From Chiloscyllium plagiosum (Eukaryota), in contig NW_025214734.1 in the NCBI RefSeq assembly GCF_004010195.1, positions 1 to 50,000 on the forward strand: DNA of 50,000 nt, read 5' to 3'. A program made the translations under genes and the position numbers. This document shows positions 12,712 through 25,869 of this stretch, piece after piece (position 1 is the first letter of the stretch; each line of letters starts with the position of its first letter). The notes under the pieces were generated by a model, which saw only the letters and a program-made list of their open reading frames with translations, did no database searches and was not told the DNA's origin.

Positions 12712-13427
12712 TGTTACAGCACAGGGTAAACCCTCCTGCTTAATTTAAAACCAGCAACACAGAAAACATTTATCCTGTGCAGTAATCTGTCAAAATTCGA
12801 GTGGCCAAGAACTATTCAAAGTAAAAATGAACAACTTTATTTCTTAAAGTATAACAGAGAATAGTTAACTAGCAGCTACGCATAAGTCCTTACTCAAACC
12901 TATCTTTTACCTTCCCTTCTATAATACTAGTCCGATAAAACTCCAAATTAAGATTTATAAAACAACACTTCTTATCTCAAAACCAAGCAGCTTTCAGTTC
13001 TTCTATTTGGAGCTTCCTGTGTCATTTTCTTCTTCTTAGGAATTTCTGTGTCACAGGTTACTGATCGAAAAGGTATCTTTTAAGAGAACTATTTTTTTAA
13101 GCAGTCTGTTTACATGCTGGGCTTGGCAGTTCTCTTCCCAACTGTTTAATTTTCCTTGAACTCACACCCCAAAGCATCGAATTGTGTCATTGGCTTTTAA
13201 GACTGTCAATATACTCAATTAAAACTTGACTGGAAATTGTTTTTTTTCAGGGAACAATTTAAACTAATTGGCCAAATGTGAATCTGTTTTTTTTTGTCAT
13301 TTCCAGGCAACCTGCTACTCCAGTAGCTGGAGCACGTGTTATATTGTGCCTTATTGAGAACACTTGCTGCTGTCACTGCCAGCTTTTAACTCTCATAAAG
13401 GTATAGTACACCCACATTTTCAAAACA
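12712..13427. mobile_element. Solo LTR (716 bp)
   Basis: TGTT...AACA termini, 4-bp TSD AGGG on both sides, interrupts a LINE tail. Confidence 0.8.
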
Positions 13428-14484
13428 AGGGCTATTAGGAATGGGCATTACTTATCAACAAAACTCACATCCCACAAAGAAACTGACAATAAATTGCTTC
13501 ATACTATTTTGACCAAGATAGAATTCTACATTTCTCTGAAGATAACCAAGTACAGGAGTAATTAAAGTGATCTTTCTTGTGATGTTATACAGCAGTCATT
13601 GACATCATTCTTAGGCTTGAATGGAATAGCTTGACTCCTTTTTTGGAAAAATATTCTTTTGTTGCAAACACTTGGACTTGACCTTTGAGCTAGCTCTCTA
13701 TTCAAGGACGAAGGCAGTAAAAAAAAAAATCTGTGTGTCAACAGGAGATTTGGCATACCACACTGCCACAAACTCTTTCGGACCAGCAGGAACAGCTAGC
13801 AGTAGCTACTTTTAAACCTGATTTTGCTGTGACCATCAAGGAAGAATTCAATAAGTGACCCATCATATCTGAAATCATTTAACTTCTATCACAATTCCTT
13901 ATAAGTATCTCACTTTTACACAGTAATCTATTTAATTGCTTATCAAACTCCCTGACTGAGCAAAGCTCCACAGCACAGGGCTTTCTATTTTGCAGCTAAG
14001 ATGACAGTTCACTTCAACTGTGTTTTTACTCTATTGCTTCTGGAAAACCCAGAAAATATAGAAGGTAGCAGGGAATGATTATAAACATCTGTATGCATTC
14101 TTTTGCAGTAGCGGAATGGTGTTTGATACACTTTACTCTCTATTCAAGAAAAGCACTGATGCATATTTCTCAAGAATTCCATTTGGCTTATTATCCTCCA
14201 GGAGGTGGTAGTTTTGTAATAAGACATCAATTGAAACCACCTCACTGTCTAGTAAAGATCATTGAAAAAGGAATAAGAATTTTTAATTCCTTCTCACGTG
14301 ACCAACGTTGGATGGTCAAAGCTTCTTGTAGGCCAATTTCATTCACATCAAGCAATAAACTCAACAATTGAACTAACAGGGACTTCTATTTGACTGTAAG
14401 TTGAAGAAAGGCATATATTCTTAAAGTAATGTTGCTTTTACATTCAACAACTTCTTTGGCAATCACAGATAGAAAAACAAATAC

Positions 14485-14646
14485 CTGGAAAATCTGATAT
14501 TCTCCAAACCATCCACTCCTAATTCTGTTGTTAATGTACTAGCCCAGAGTTTATTGTTGTTATTGTTTCTGCCTTTGTGTCCATGGAAAAAGTCTCTTGA
14601 CCCTTCCATTACATCACATTCAATCTGGTACCAGGTTTGCAATTGT
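14485..14646 (-). CDS. SUSD3: SUSD3 cytoplasmic exon: QLQTWYQIECDVMEGSRDFFHGHKGRNNNNNKLWASTLTTELGVDGLENIRFS(R)
   Basis: Acceptor aatatttttcag|, donor CAG|gtattt, 162 nt, phase 2 to 2, in frame with both neighbours. WYQ and KGRNNNNN segments resemble non-mammalian SUSD3 tails. Confidence 0.92.
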
Positions 14647-15279
14647 CTGAAAAATATTACAGAACATATTCAAAATAATGTTTCAAACAAAATTATATGT
14701 TTCCCCCAAACAACCTGCAAATTTATTTGGTTTTTGACCTCTCCCCTGATCACTACAAATTTGGGTGGGAAATGAGAATTTGAAGAAGGCATGCGAAATA
14801 AAGTCAAGTGGAGCAGGAGATCTTTTCCAGTCCATCAGTTTCTAAATTTGTAGATTGTCGATATTTCGTCCATATTTTTGAAAGCTTATCTTTTGCACTT
14901 GCAAATAATTTTGTGCCATTAAAGAATGTGAGGAAGGCTCAGTTGTGCAACCAAATAATAAAAAGGATTCAGAGATTTTTTTTGTCTTGACTCATACTTT
15001 CCTGAAGGAAAGTGCATGAAATTTCACCTTTTAGAACCTGACTCAAGTTAGACACATAGGGAAGAGAGTAGACCACTCAGCCATTCTAGATCACTGCTGA
15101 TCATCTACCACAAAGCTAATTTTCTGCACTATTCCCGTATATGTTGGTAACTCACTCTGTGGGAAGCCAAACCCAACAGTAAGTCAATGTGGTTTCATCA
15201 CAAGACATTATTTAAATGTCTAAACTGAAGCAAGAATCTTTTGAATAAATATGTAATATCTCCAGTCTAGGCTGAATTA

Positions 15280-16280
15280 GTTGACCTCCTTTGATGTAAC
15301 AATGGACACAGTGAAAGCAGACCAGAGAAGGTTGACTAAACTGATCCTGGGTTAGGAGGGCATTTTTTTTAATGAGAAAAGATTTAGTAAGTTTGTTGAA
15401 GTTTAGAAGAATGAGAGGAGACTGTAGTGATTGTAACAAAGTCAGCCGGTGGACCTCAGAATATGAGATCCCTGATTGGACCAAATTAACCGCCCCAATT
15501 AGGGAGCCCTGGCTGACAGATTTAAAACAGTGTTTCTATTTTGATTTAATTCCCAGTGCCCCCTCCTTCACTTTTCTCACATAAGCATTGCCTTTATCGG
15601 GCTTTGATTGTTATTGGCTCCATGGGTGTTTGTCCTCGCAGCAGAAATATTGAATCAAATTTTATTGAATAAGACACAATGGTGTCTTCACTGAGTCCAT
15701 GCACTGAGTCACACACATGTGTGAAAAAAAAAATAAACAGAGGTGTCAGAGGTTCGTTTCACTCTTAGAGCTGGCTCTGAGGAAGCTGGATCAGTGTCAA
15801 GGGCTGTCCATGTGTAAACAAAGGGTGACTTGGTGATGGGATACCGCCCTCTGTGGAGTTATTTCAAAAGTGAATATGAAGGCAAATGAGATGTTATTGT
15901 TTATTGAAGAGGGAATGTGAAGAGGTTATCTCACCTTATATTTCAGATGTGAAGAGGTTACCTCACCTTATGGGAGACTAGGGTCAAAGGGCATAATCTC
16001 AGAGTAAATGATAGCCCTTTTAATACAGAAATCAAGGAAAAATTTCTTCTCTCAGAGTTGTGAATCTGGAATTCTTTACCACAGAGGGCTGTTAAAACTG
16101 GGTCATTAATTATATTCAAAGCTGAGACACATTTTTAATCAGTAAAAGAATCAAGAAGTATGGGGATAAGGCAGGGAAATTAAGTTGAAGATTATCAGAT
16201 CAGCATTATTTCAGTCGAATGACAGTGCAGACTCAATGGGTTGAATGGACTACTTCTGTTCCTATGTCTTATTGCTTAAT
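15280..16280 (+). mobile_element. CR1 3' fragments flanking a solo LTR
   Basis: gagtt-gtgaatctggaattct and gaatggactacttctgttcctatgtctta CR1 3'-end motifs. Confidence 0.65.
15423..15866 (+). mobile_element. Solo LTR (same family as 45446-45672) carrying a ~200-bp insert
   Basis: TGTAGTGATT...TTATTTCA termini; shares agggagccctggctgacagat with the copy at 45 kb. Confidence 0.7.
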
Positions 16281-16493
16281 GGAAGTATTGTTATTAATGT
16301 CAACACTGGGTTATGAAGCTGAATGTGGGAAGGGTTCCTGCTGCTGGTGGCTATCCAATGAGCACTACTTTTAAGTGGGCATGATCAAGCTTGATTTTGG
16401 TTCTTCCTACAGTCAGCCAGACTGCCCTCACTCATTGTCTAAGCTCATGCTGAGGTCACCTGTCTAATGGTCCAGAATCACATGGCACAAACA

Positions 16494-16812
16494 GGGCAGC
16501 ATGGTGGCTCAGTGGTACCCAGGTTCGATTCCACCCTTGGACAACTGTCTGTGTGGAGATTGCACATTCTTCCTATGTCTGCGTTCGTTTCCTCTGTATG
16601 CTCTAGTTTACTCCCACAGTCCAAAGATGTGCAGGCTGGTAGATTGGCCATGCTAAATTGCCCACAGTGTGCATGCTAGCTGGAGAAGCCATGTGAAATG
16701 CAGAGTTACAGGGATGTGGTTGGGTGTTGGGTCTGGGTGGGATGCTCTTTGGAGGGTCATTATGGGTTCAATGAGTGAAATTTCTACACCAAATGGATTC
16801 TGTTATTCTAAC
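16494..16812 (+). mobile_element. HE1-type SINE (older copy)
   Basis: gggcagcatggtggctcagtgg head; ctcccacagtccaaagatgtgcagg core. Confidence 0.85.
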
Positions 16813-16896
16813 AGATGAAATGGGAGAAATTCACAACAGGGAAACTATAATCCTTACAACATCACAGTTAATGAATTGTTCATCAATACACCCTTA

Positions 16897-17067
<171 letters not shown>

Positions 17068-19254
17068 CTACTTAGTTACCTTCCATAAAATTCCAATTTA
17101 TTTTTAAGGTAGAAAACAAAATACAAACCATTAAAGGATGACGCACTTCTATTTCTTTGCTGAGAGTTCTGGAAAATACCTCACAATTTAAAATGGCGAA
17201 CATTAAAGTAAGAATTTTGCAAGATGAATGGAAGGCAATTGGGGAAGAACTCAATAAATAAATAATTTCCTTGTACCATATATATGTATAAAGATGAGAG
17301 ACACTAACAAATTGTAATAAAGCAATTGTGTGAATGCTTGTGGTTGAAAGTCCAGTTCATAGCAGATAACAATTTCAGAAGTGAAACACAGCTCAGATAA
17401 AAACATGCCATGAAGACAAACAGGATATGGGTCTGACTGAAATAACATAAGGAAGCACATCAGCTCACAATGACCAATGATTATACTAACTTCTGCTATC
17501 GGTCTCTAAGGAAACAGAGCAGGATAGTGCAATTCAGAGTATTTTACCATTGGAAATTTGCATTTTCCACTTTTAAAATGTTGTCCAATTTCTCTCCATA
17601 TGCTTGAGGTAAGTATTGTATTTTTAGCATTAGTACAATTGAATTCTGTTCCAGTTATTGCTCAAGTCTGATATTTTGATCTTTTAATCGGCTTTTTTCA
17701 TAAGATTTATATTAATCTTTGAAAATGCCTGTCTATCAATTAGCATAATTTTGGCATCCAATGTAATTTTGCTGTTCTCCAAATAACATGCTCAGTCATG
17801 TACAGGTGAACATGTAGATCAGACCTATAGACTGGAAAGACTTAAACGATGTCCAAAAGTGGTCCAGATGAAGAATTTACAATTGAACCCCTTCAAAATA
17901 ATGTTTGAAACTGCATGTATCTGTCAGCACCATCTTTATTAAACACATCATGAGCAAGAATAATGGAAAGTGCAACTTTTGCAATCAGATTTTTCCTTTC
18001 AAAAAATAAGGATCTTTAAACTAGCTCCATGTTTTGTTATCTTCTGAAGTCTGCACCTGTTGATTCTGAGGCAGTTTTAACAGACGATCTTAAAGAAGAG
18101 GCTTGATAACCGAAGGCAGAATCTCACAGCATAGGAGCAGGCTATGCAGAGGTAGACATGGAGATGGATGTTGTTAGCTCCCATGTGGATTATGCCAACA
18201 CTGGACAGCATGTTGATCATTAAGACACCATATATAACACCAGCAAGGAAGTATGACCCACCACTAGTTAAACAAAAAACATTGTGATGTAATAAACTAC
18301 AGAACCCAGTTCTACATTTGGATCTTGCTACTCAGTGATAACTAAATTAAAGATTATAGGGTTAAGGCAGGAAAGTGGTTTTGAGGTACAAGTCCATCAA
18401 TGATCTTATCGAATTTCAGATCAGGCTTGGGCAGCTGCTTAGCTATCTCTTGTTCCTATTTATGCTCTTACATGAAGTGAAGAGTTATTGAACGACTCAA
18501 GATACTATAAGGATGGTCTGTCTGCTGCTCTCAGAAAGCCCAGCTCCACACATTTAAGAACATATTTATGTACATGCATGAGAGGTGCCAATGGCTTTCC
18601 AAGAGGATTGTGCCAGGCACACTTCAGAAATACCATTTAAAAAACGTGATGAAATAGCATCAGCCTCAATAAAATTACAAGAACTGACTTTATATTGAGG
18701 GCTTGTGAGAATACTATCAGAGTCAAATTGGCATTTGTCATCATAGGATTTAATATATTTGGGAGCAGTAAACATTTTTAATAAGACAAAATAAGATTTT
18801 CATTGGAACTTCTGTTCAGCAAATTACACCATTTTTTCATCCACAATTCTCAGGGTTCAGGTGAATTTATTACACGAAGGAAGTCACTGAACTGAACATC
18901 ATGAGATGAACAAACAAACGTTAATTTAAAATGTACAAGAGTACATCAGAAAATCATCTCTGTAGCCACGCAGGGCAGATAGTAAAGAGTCACACTAGAT
19001 TTGAACCACTGACTGTTTTTCTCTCTCCACAGATCAACCAGACCTGCTCAGATGCCCCAGCACTTTCTGCTGTTATTTCAGATTTCCAGGACCCACAGAA
19101 TGTGACTTTTAATGCAGTTAACACGACGGTGTTAATAACACAAAAGGTTAATCATCAGCACAATATATTTTCTGATGTAATAATGGCATCTATTAAACGT
19201 AGCTTCTGGCCAAAACTCTACACTGTGAATCCTAAGACAGATGTTATGGTGATA

Positions 19255-20468
19255 TGAAAAGTCCTATAACAAAGGAGGTGGTACGGGAACTAACAAGAGA
19301 GAAATATTTACTTGACCTTTTCCTCACCAATAGATCTTTCACTTAAGTAACTGTCCATAGCAATGATAGGAGTGACCACCACACAGTTCTTGCAGGGACC
19401 AAGTTCCATTATCATACTGAGGAAATCCTCCATTGTACTGTGTGGCATTGTTATGATGCTAAATGGGATAAATTTTAAACAGTTCTGCACCTCAAAATTG
19501 GGCACCCATGAGGCATTGGTGGCCATCAGCAGAATTGTACTCAACAACAAATTGTAATTTCATGGCTCGACACATCTCCCACTCTACCATTATCAATAAG
19601 CTAAGTAATCAACTCTTGTTCAATGGTGCTGAACTGGGGAAGACACAACCAGGTCATGCCAGAAGCAACATGCAATGAATAAAGATAAGTGATCCCATAA
19701 CCAACAGATCAGATACAATCTGTGCAGTCCTGCTAAATCCATCATGAATGGTGGTGGATGATTAAACAACTCACAAATGTTCAGATCCTCAATCTTAGGG
19801 GAGCCCAGCACATCAGTGTCCAATGATCAAGCTGAGACATTTGCAATAATCTTTATTGAGAAGTACCAAGTGAATGCTTCATCTTGACCTCTCCAAAATG
19901 TCCCTCACATTGTAGATGCCAGTCCTCATCCAATTCAATTCATTCCACATAATATCAAGAAATGGCTGGTGGCACCAAAGACTGCAAAGGCTTTGGAATC
20001 TGTGAACATTCCAGCAGTACTGAATAGTGCTGAAGATGTGATCTGGAATTAGCTGTGTCCCAAGCCAAACTGTTCCATTACAGATACAACATCAGCATAC
20101 ACCCAACAATATGGAAAATTGTCCATCTTTGTCCTGTCCACTAAAAGCAGATTAAATCCAGTCCTTATAATTATGTCCCAGCAAGCTACTCTTGATCATC
20201 AAGCAAGTGTCAGACAGTGTCATCAACAAGTCTATCTAGTGGCACTTAGCAATAATCTACATTCTTCCGGGTTCTTCCAGGACAACTCAGCTCACAATCT
20301 CATTACAACCTTGTTCCAAACATAGCCAAAAGAGCTCAACCCAAGAAGTGAAGTGAAAATGAGTGCCCTTGACATCAATGTAGCATTTAATAACATGTCA
20401 TCAATGAGTCTTAGCAAAACTGGAGTCATGGGAATAAGGGAGAACATGCTCTGTCAGTTGCAGACTTA
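19255..20468 (+). mobile_element. CR1-group LINE internal fragment (endonuclease C-terminus to RT)
   Basis: TREKYLLDLFLTN- and RSDHHTVL-like endonuclease remnants; ALDINVAF RT-motif remnant near 20365. Confidence 0.75.
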
Positions 20469-20478
20469 TTAACTTTAC

Positions 20479-20635
20479 TTCCATGATTCTTCACTGCAGT
20501 CTGCACTGTCTGTGTAATAGTTCCATCGTCATCAATTGGTATTTGGAGGAACACAGAAATTTAATTGGTGTCACTGCACTGGTTCATTTCCCTGCTTATA
20601 CACAAAAGCTGACGAAATAGCAGCAGAGTATTGGC
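20479..20635 (-). pseudogene. SUSD3: Decayed remnant of the SUSD3 sushi (CCP) exon 2
   Basis: AAG|GC CAA TAC (G-Q-Y where G-Q-C is expected). With two 1-nt gaps it reads GN(G)TSAVTPIKFLCSSKYQL(x)DDGTIT, versus human [27 protein letters not shown] (from memory). 157 nt long, in-frame TGA, CxW segment missing. Position and strand are as expected. Confidence 0.6.
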
Positions 20636-22811
20636 CTTGTGGTCACAAGAGATATGCATAAACTAAGTATCTCTCCCAAATTACTTGAAACTGAAATACT
20701 GTTAACGTAGCTTAGAAAAATCTATGAAATCAGAGGTTATTCCAAAAGCCATTCACCAAAATGACTAGGGCTGTATCAACAATACATTACACTCCCAGAG
20801 ATTCCAATGGTCCTCCCCAAACAGAATAACCAGAATCATCACCTTACCCATTGTTCTCTCAACACCTTACCCCATGGAGACACTTCTGATCTGTACTGGC
20901 AATAGTGGGCAAATATTCTCATTAGTTTCCATGATCTTTCAGGGTAAAGTCTAAAAATTAATTTTTCAAGCTTTATGAATTATGTCACTTCAGTAACTTC
21001 TATAGCTTTGTTTTTCTAACAGGCTTTCAGGTTCTTGATTAATTTCACCCTTTGACCATAGTCTTTACACATTTCCTTTTTCCTCTATCAAAATTACTTC
21101 ATTAATTTATCATTTTTAACTATGGAATAGCATCAAACTCAAAACATTAACTGTTATGTTCTCTAACAGGCCCTCCTACCATTTACAGTAAAATTTCCAA
21201 GTTCCAACAAATGCTGTTTTAGTTAACACAAGTGAAATATGATCTACTAGCATTGAAAAGATTAATATTGGCTGTGAAAATCTGTTAAACTGCAATGCCT
21301 TTATTAATATATGCAACTGAGGCATGACTTGGAGATTTCTTGCAGTGTCTTGATTAACAATTATCCCTCAAAAGAGCTTAAAAAAGCAGATAATCAGTAA
21401 TTTATTTTAGATTGATCCTTGGAGCACTGATGTACAGAAATAAGTTGCAACGTTTCTTACAGGAATGACTGCACTGAAAGGTTTTAAAAGGGTTCATGTA
21501 GAACATTGTGGTAATGGAACTCACCATAATTTTGCAATTTCCTTTTATTCTCCATCGACAGTCTGCTAATAAAAGCACTTTACATTGTGAAAGGTAAATG
21601 CCACATTTAGAATTCAGTATTTTTCTCACCATTTTCTGTTCTAGCATATGCCTCTATTGCACCATATTTCAAATGGTTAAGTTGGTCTCAAAGCTGTTTT
21701 CTAACCAGATGCTGGGAAGCTCAAGTTATAACTCCTTCTTGATCATGACTGTGTGAAAGATTTTTCATCTGTTGCCCATTTCTTCTTGATCGCCCACCAC
21801 AATTTTGAATTCATTCAACAGTACAGGGAGATAGAAACACAGAAATGCATACCTCATTTTACTACTAAACTTAAAAGAGAATCCTTTTGTTCACCTTTTC
21901 ATTTCTTTTCCTTGCTATGCCTTCAACATACTTTAACAAGTAAGCTTCAATATGCAATATACATTTCCATAATGTCTAACAACATTACTGGGCATCAGCC
22001 CAGCAGGGACTAAGATCTAACAGAATGAAGTACATATAAAAAGCATCACATTGCAGATATTCAAGATCTGAAATGAAAATGCTAGAAATAGCAATGTCAG
22101 GCAGGATTTATGGGTAAAGAAATAGAGTTAATGTTTCGAGTCTTTTTTTACATCAGAATTAGATTATATGAGATAAGCAATGATTTTTCTGTTCATTTGT
22201 GCCTTCCCTGGTGAAATTGTTTCATTCCTGTACAACATTCCATAGCCCAGGTACAGAAAACTTAAAATAACAAAACAGAATAACATATTGAATTTGTCTT
22301 TGCACTGGGCTAATTGGATTGAAACAGTCAAGGTAACCTCATGCTAACTTCAGGAAGACCGTGTCAGCAGGCTAAAGAAAGCTAGTGGTAATCATCATAA
22401 GAAACACTGATGTTGGAAAGGTAACAAATCCATCAAAATGATAGGTAAGTCTCGAGGAACTGGGCTTGTAACACATACAAGGCAAGCCTCATTTAGATAG
22501 AAATCTGATTGATCTCATAAATCTACTTGTAGACCTTCTATGGTCTGTGAACCTTTGCTTAAAAACTGGCCACATAAGAACGAAAAAAATCTGGAGATCC
22601 AAAATCAATACCTCAAACATGTAAATGTATTAAACTGACCTTGGAGTAAAGTCACACGTAATTAAGATATTTTTGCAAATGATTATGTTCAATTAAATAA
22701 AAGACTAAATAATTAAGACTTAATTCAAATGAAATGAAACAATGTAATCCAACTAATTAATACTGCAACTTGTTTAATAGATCAAGTTTGATTATTCATA
22801 AAGATCGAAAG

Positions 22812-22975
22812 ATGGGCAGGTCAGGTGAATTGGCCATGCTAAAATGCTCATAGTGTTAGGTACATTAGTCAGAGGGAAATGGGTCTGGGTGGGTTACTCT
22901 TTGGAGGATTGGTGTGGACTGGTTGGGCTGAAGGGCCTGTTTCCACACTGTGGAGAATCTAATCTAATCTAATTT
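22812..22975 (+). mobile_element. HE1-type SINE 3' half
   Basis: ggtcaggtgaattggccatgctaa...ggcctgtttccacactg followed by (aatct)n. Confidence 0.85.
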
Positions 22976-23119
22976 AAAATACATACTTCCTGAAAAATTA
23001 GACTCAATTACCACTATTCCTGATTTCTCAGATTTTTGGTGAATTATTGAATGAACTTTTATTGACACAACCTAGTGAAGCTATGAGTAAAAGTTTGGAA
23101 ATAGTCAACAGCTAAAACG

Positions 23120-23460
23120 GCATCAACAGGAGTGAAGTAGATAAATTAAGAATTGTAGCAGGATTTAAACAAATAGAGAGGCAGGAAATGGGGAGTGGAG
23201 GGAACAAGGCCAAAAGGAAGGGTCTGTGAAATGACAAAAGGCAGGAGAGATTAAATGACAAAATGTATGGCAACGACACAAGGAAAGAAACTAAAAATGG
23301 GTCTTGAGGAGGTGTAAATAGAAACAATATATCAGCAGCAGCTGCTGGCTTTGGAAAAATGGGGGCACAGGCTGCAAACTGAAATTGTTGAAATCAATAT
23401 TGAATGTGGAAGGTTAGGAATTGTCTAATCAAAAGATCAGAAGGTTTTCCTTCAGTTTCT
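23120..23460 (-). mobile_element. Degenerate Penelope-like 3' fragment
   Basis: Minus strand PSTFNIDFNNF resembles the PLE C-terminus (cf. PQGINVDFTSF at 10.7 kb), followed by a pyrimidine-rich UTR. Confidence 0.55.
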
Positions 23461-25869
23461 GCTGACCATAGTTCATGTGTGTAACAATTTCCATCCTATT
23501 TCCACAATGTAAATTCTGCTGTGATATATAAATGGATAGATGTGAGTGAGATTTAAGTGGGATTGATTGTACACACTCAAACAATTCTTTGGGGACTGGA
23601 TTATGTAAATATTTAAAGAGTAGGTAATCCACTATGTTGAAAACTGGAGGATAAACAAATTAGCACAGAATAGAAGATCTCCATCTTCATTTTTGTCTGT
23701 CTAATTAATACTACATTGTGCAGTAAATTGCAATCCTAATGAGACTCCAGCAACACAACATTCAAATTAAGTACAACTGCTCCAATCAAATTCATTCAAA
23801 ATCAAGTTCAAGTAGATACATTTTCACAACTGGAATTCTGATCAGTTGTATTATTGTTTATTTAACTGTACATTTTGCATGAAATTTACCAGTGCAGAAA
23901 TAGTCAATTTGGTCCAAATGTGGTGTCTATGCTCCACTTAAACTGCCCTCAATATAAACATCAATTATGCTTTCCCTTACATACCAATCTAGATTTCACT
24001 TAATTACATTTTCTTTGCCACCCTTTTGGCGATAGCCGAGGTCATGCTAATGGTCTAATAATCAATCACTTGTCAGGGTTAGTTTATTTAACCCTGGGTT
24101 AGTTTATTTAAACAGTGAAACATATTACAAGTTATGAAACAGACATTAAAGCAAATCAACTGACATGTGTGTGCAGGTTGCCAAACACAAAGAAGTGTAG
24201 CAATCAGGCAGAATCACAACATTGTATACACCTCACACAAGGAATACTTCAAGATCAATTCTCATAAAGGCTTGTATACATAAAACATCCAGAACATTAA
24301 TTAAATACACAGGTTTTCCAAAGATCAGAAATGTTGCAACTTAAGTCAGTTGCTTTGAATTCTAGGTCCACTGCATAAGGTATATTTACTTCAGGCCACA
24401 GCATTGAAGAGCAATAGTCAATAACTGCACAAGTGGATGTTCATCACTCTGCCACCCAGAAGTGAACACCATTTGCTGCAAGGAAAGTAAGTAACCCACC
24501 TAACAGTGCAACTTCTCAATATCAGGTTGGATAAATTCTAGAACCTTGTTAACTGCCAGCACGTATAAACCGACAGGTTACCTTCTAATGATATTAATTT
24601 TGTCAACTATATAATGTGTCCAATAAAAATTAAGCACATTAATTTATATTAATCTATTAATCTATATTTATTGATCTAGACAACTTGACAATCTGTAGAC
24701 CAGTTAAAGAGGAGTTAGTGGTACAACAGGAGACTTTATTTGGTGATTGATCATAACTATTATTTTTAAACAAAAAGCACTTAGTATTACCAACCATAAG
24801 CGATTACTGTATGACTTATTTGTCAGAGTCATTCAGCTCAGAAACAGACCCTTCGATCCAACCAGTCCATGCCGAACATAATCCCAATCTAAACTAGTCT
24901 CACCTGCTTGTTCCTGGCCGGTAACCCTTGTCTTCTTCTTTGACAGCTTGTTACAAAATTGTTAAATAATTCACACATTAGCAATGAATATTCTAAATGG
25001 AAGTTTTTCAGGGAAGTATAAGTACAATCTAAGCTAAGTGGCACTGGCCAGGTTTGCAAGTCAATTAAGAATACTATTCACTTCTGAGTTTGGGTTGGAT
25101 GGTAAACTGGAGACTATACCTAAGTAAGAATTTTTGATGAAGGGATGAATGATTTGCCCGGATATTCCATCCTGGTTCTCTCACTCTACATTTTCTTGGG
25201 TGAACAATATTTGGCAGTGCTCTTTCTCTCCCTAATTATTTCTACCCATTTTATTACGTCCATACTCTCGGTACCTGGGACCTTGACTGATTTCATTCTG
25301 TACAAAACCACTTGCTTCAAGTGTCAAGATGCTGCTTTTTATTAATCTTCCATTTCACTGGCATTCATCCAGCTCTGCCAGTTATTTAGGTAATTCCATA
25401 CTAAAGGAATTTTCTCTACATCCAGTCCAAACTCTTTCTGAATTGACCAATGGTTTCTGTCCCTTCTTTATTTCACTTCTCCTCTATCTGCAACCGTGTT
25501 GCTCATGTGTATTACAGACTATGATCCATTATATTTAAAGTTTTACTGTTTGAACTTCATTTTCCATTTCTGTGCTACTTTGAAATGTCCCCAACTACTG
25601 TGCAAGGCTGTTTACTTCAGCTTGAGCAAAATTCAGGTAGGCTTCTACAATTCCTGTCAAAATAAACTGAAGAATTGGTTTTGTGATCTATTATGTCATT
25701 CATTCAACAGTATTCACAAAAGAAAGTTTTAAGCACTTTATAGTTAAATACGTCTGTCTGACACTGCTACCAGGCACCAAGAATAAACTCTGGAATCATC
25801 AGCTGTCAACACACGAGGACTGTACCAATGCCAAACACGACTACGTATCAACTGGCAATGACAGATCAT

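Noticed and set aside
17072..17254. 60-aa minus ORF with a GT donor just upstream of the TM exon
   Set aside because: It would leave an intron of only ~34 nt and has no sushi similarity.
24076..24111. Short direct repeats (also 15915-15971 and 32587-32631) as CRISPR-like or regulatory arrays
   Set aside because: Only two units each; ordinary local duplications in eukaryotic DNA.
24390..24476. Strong minus-strand acceptor (ttactttccttgcag) as a candidate sushi exon
   Set aside because: The phase-1 frame stops after about 10 codons and no sushi Cys/Trp pattern is present.
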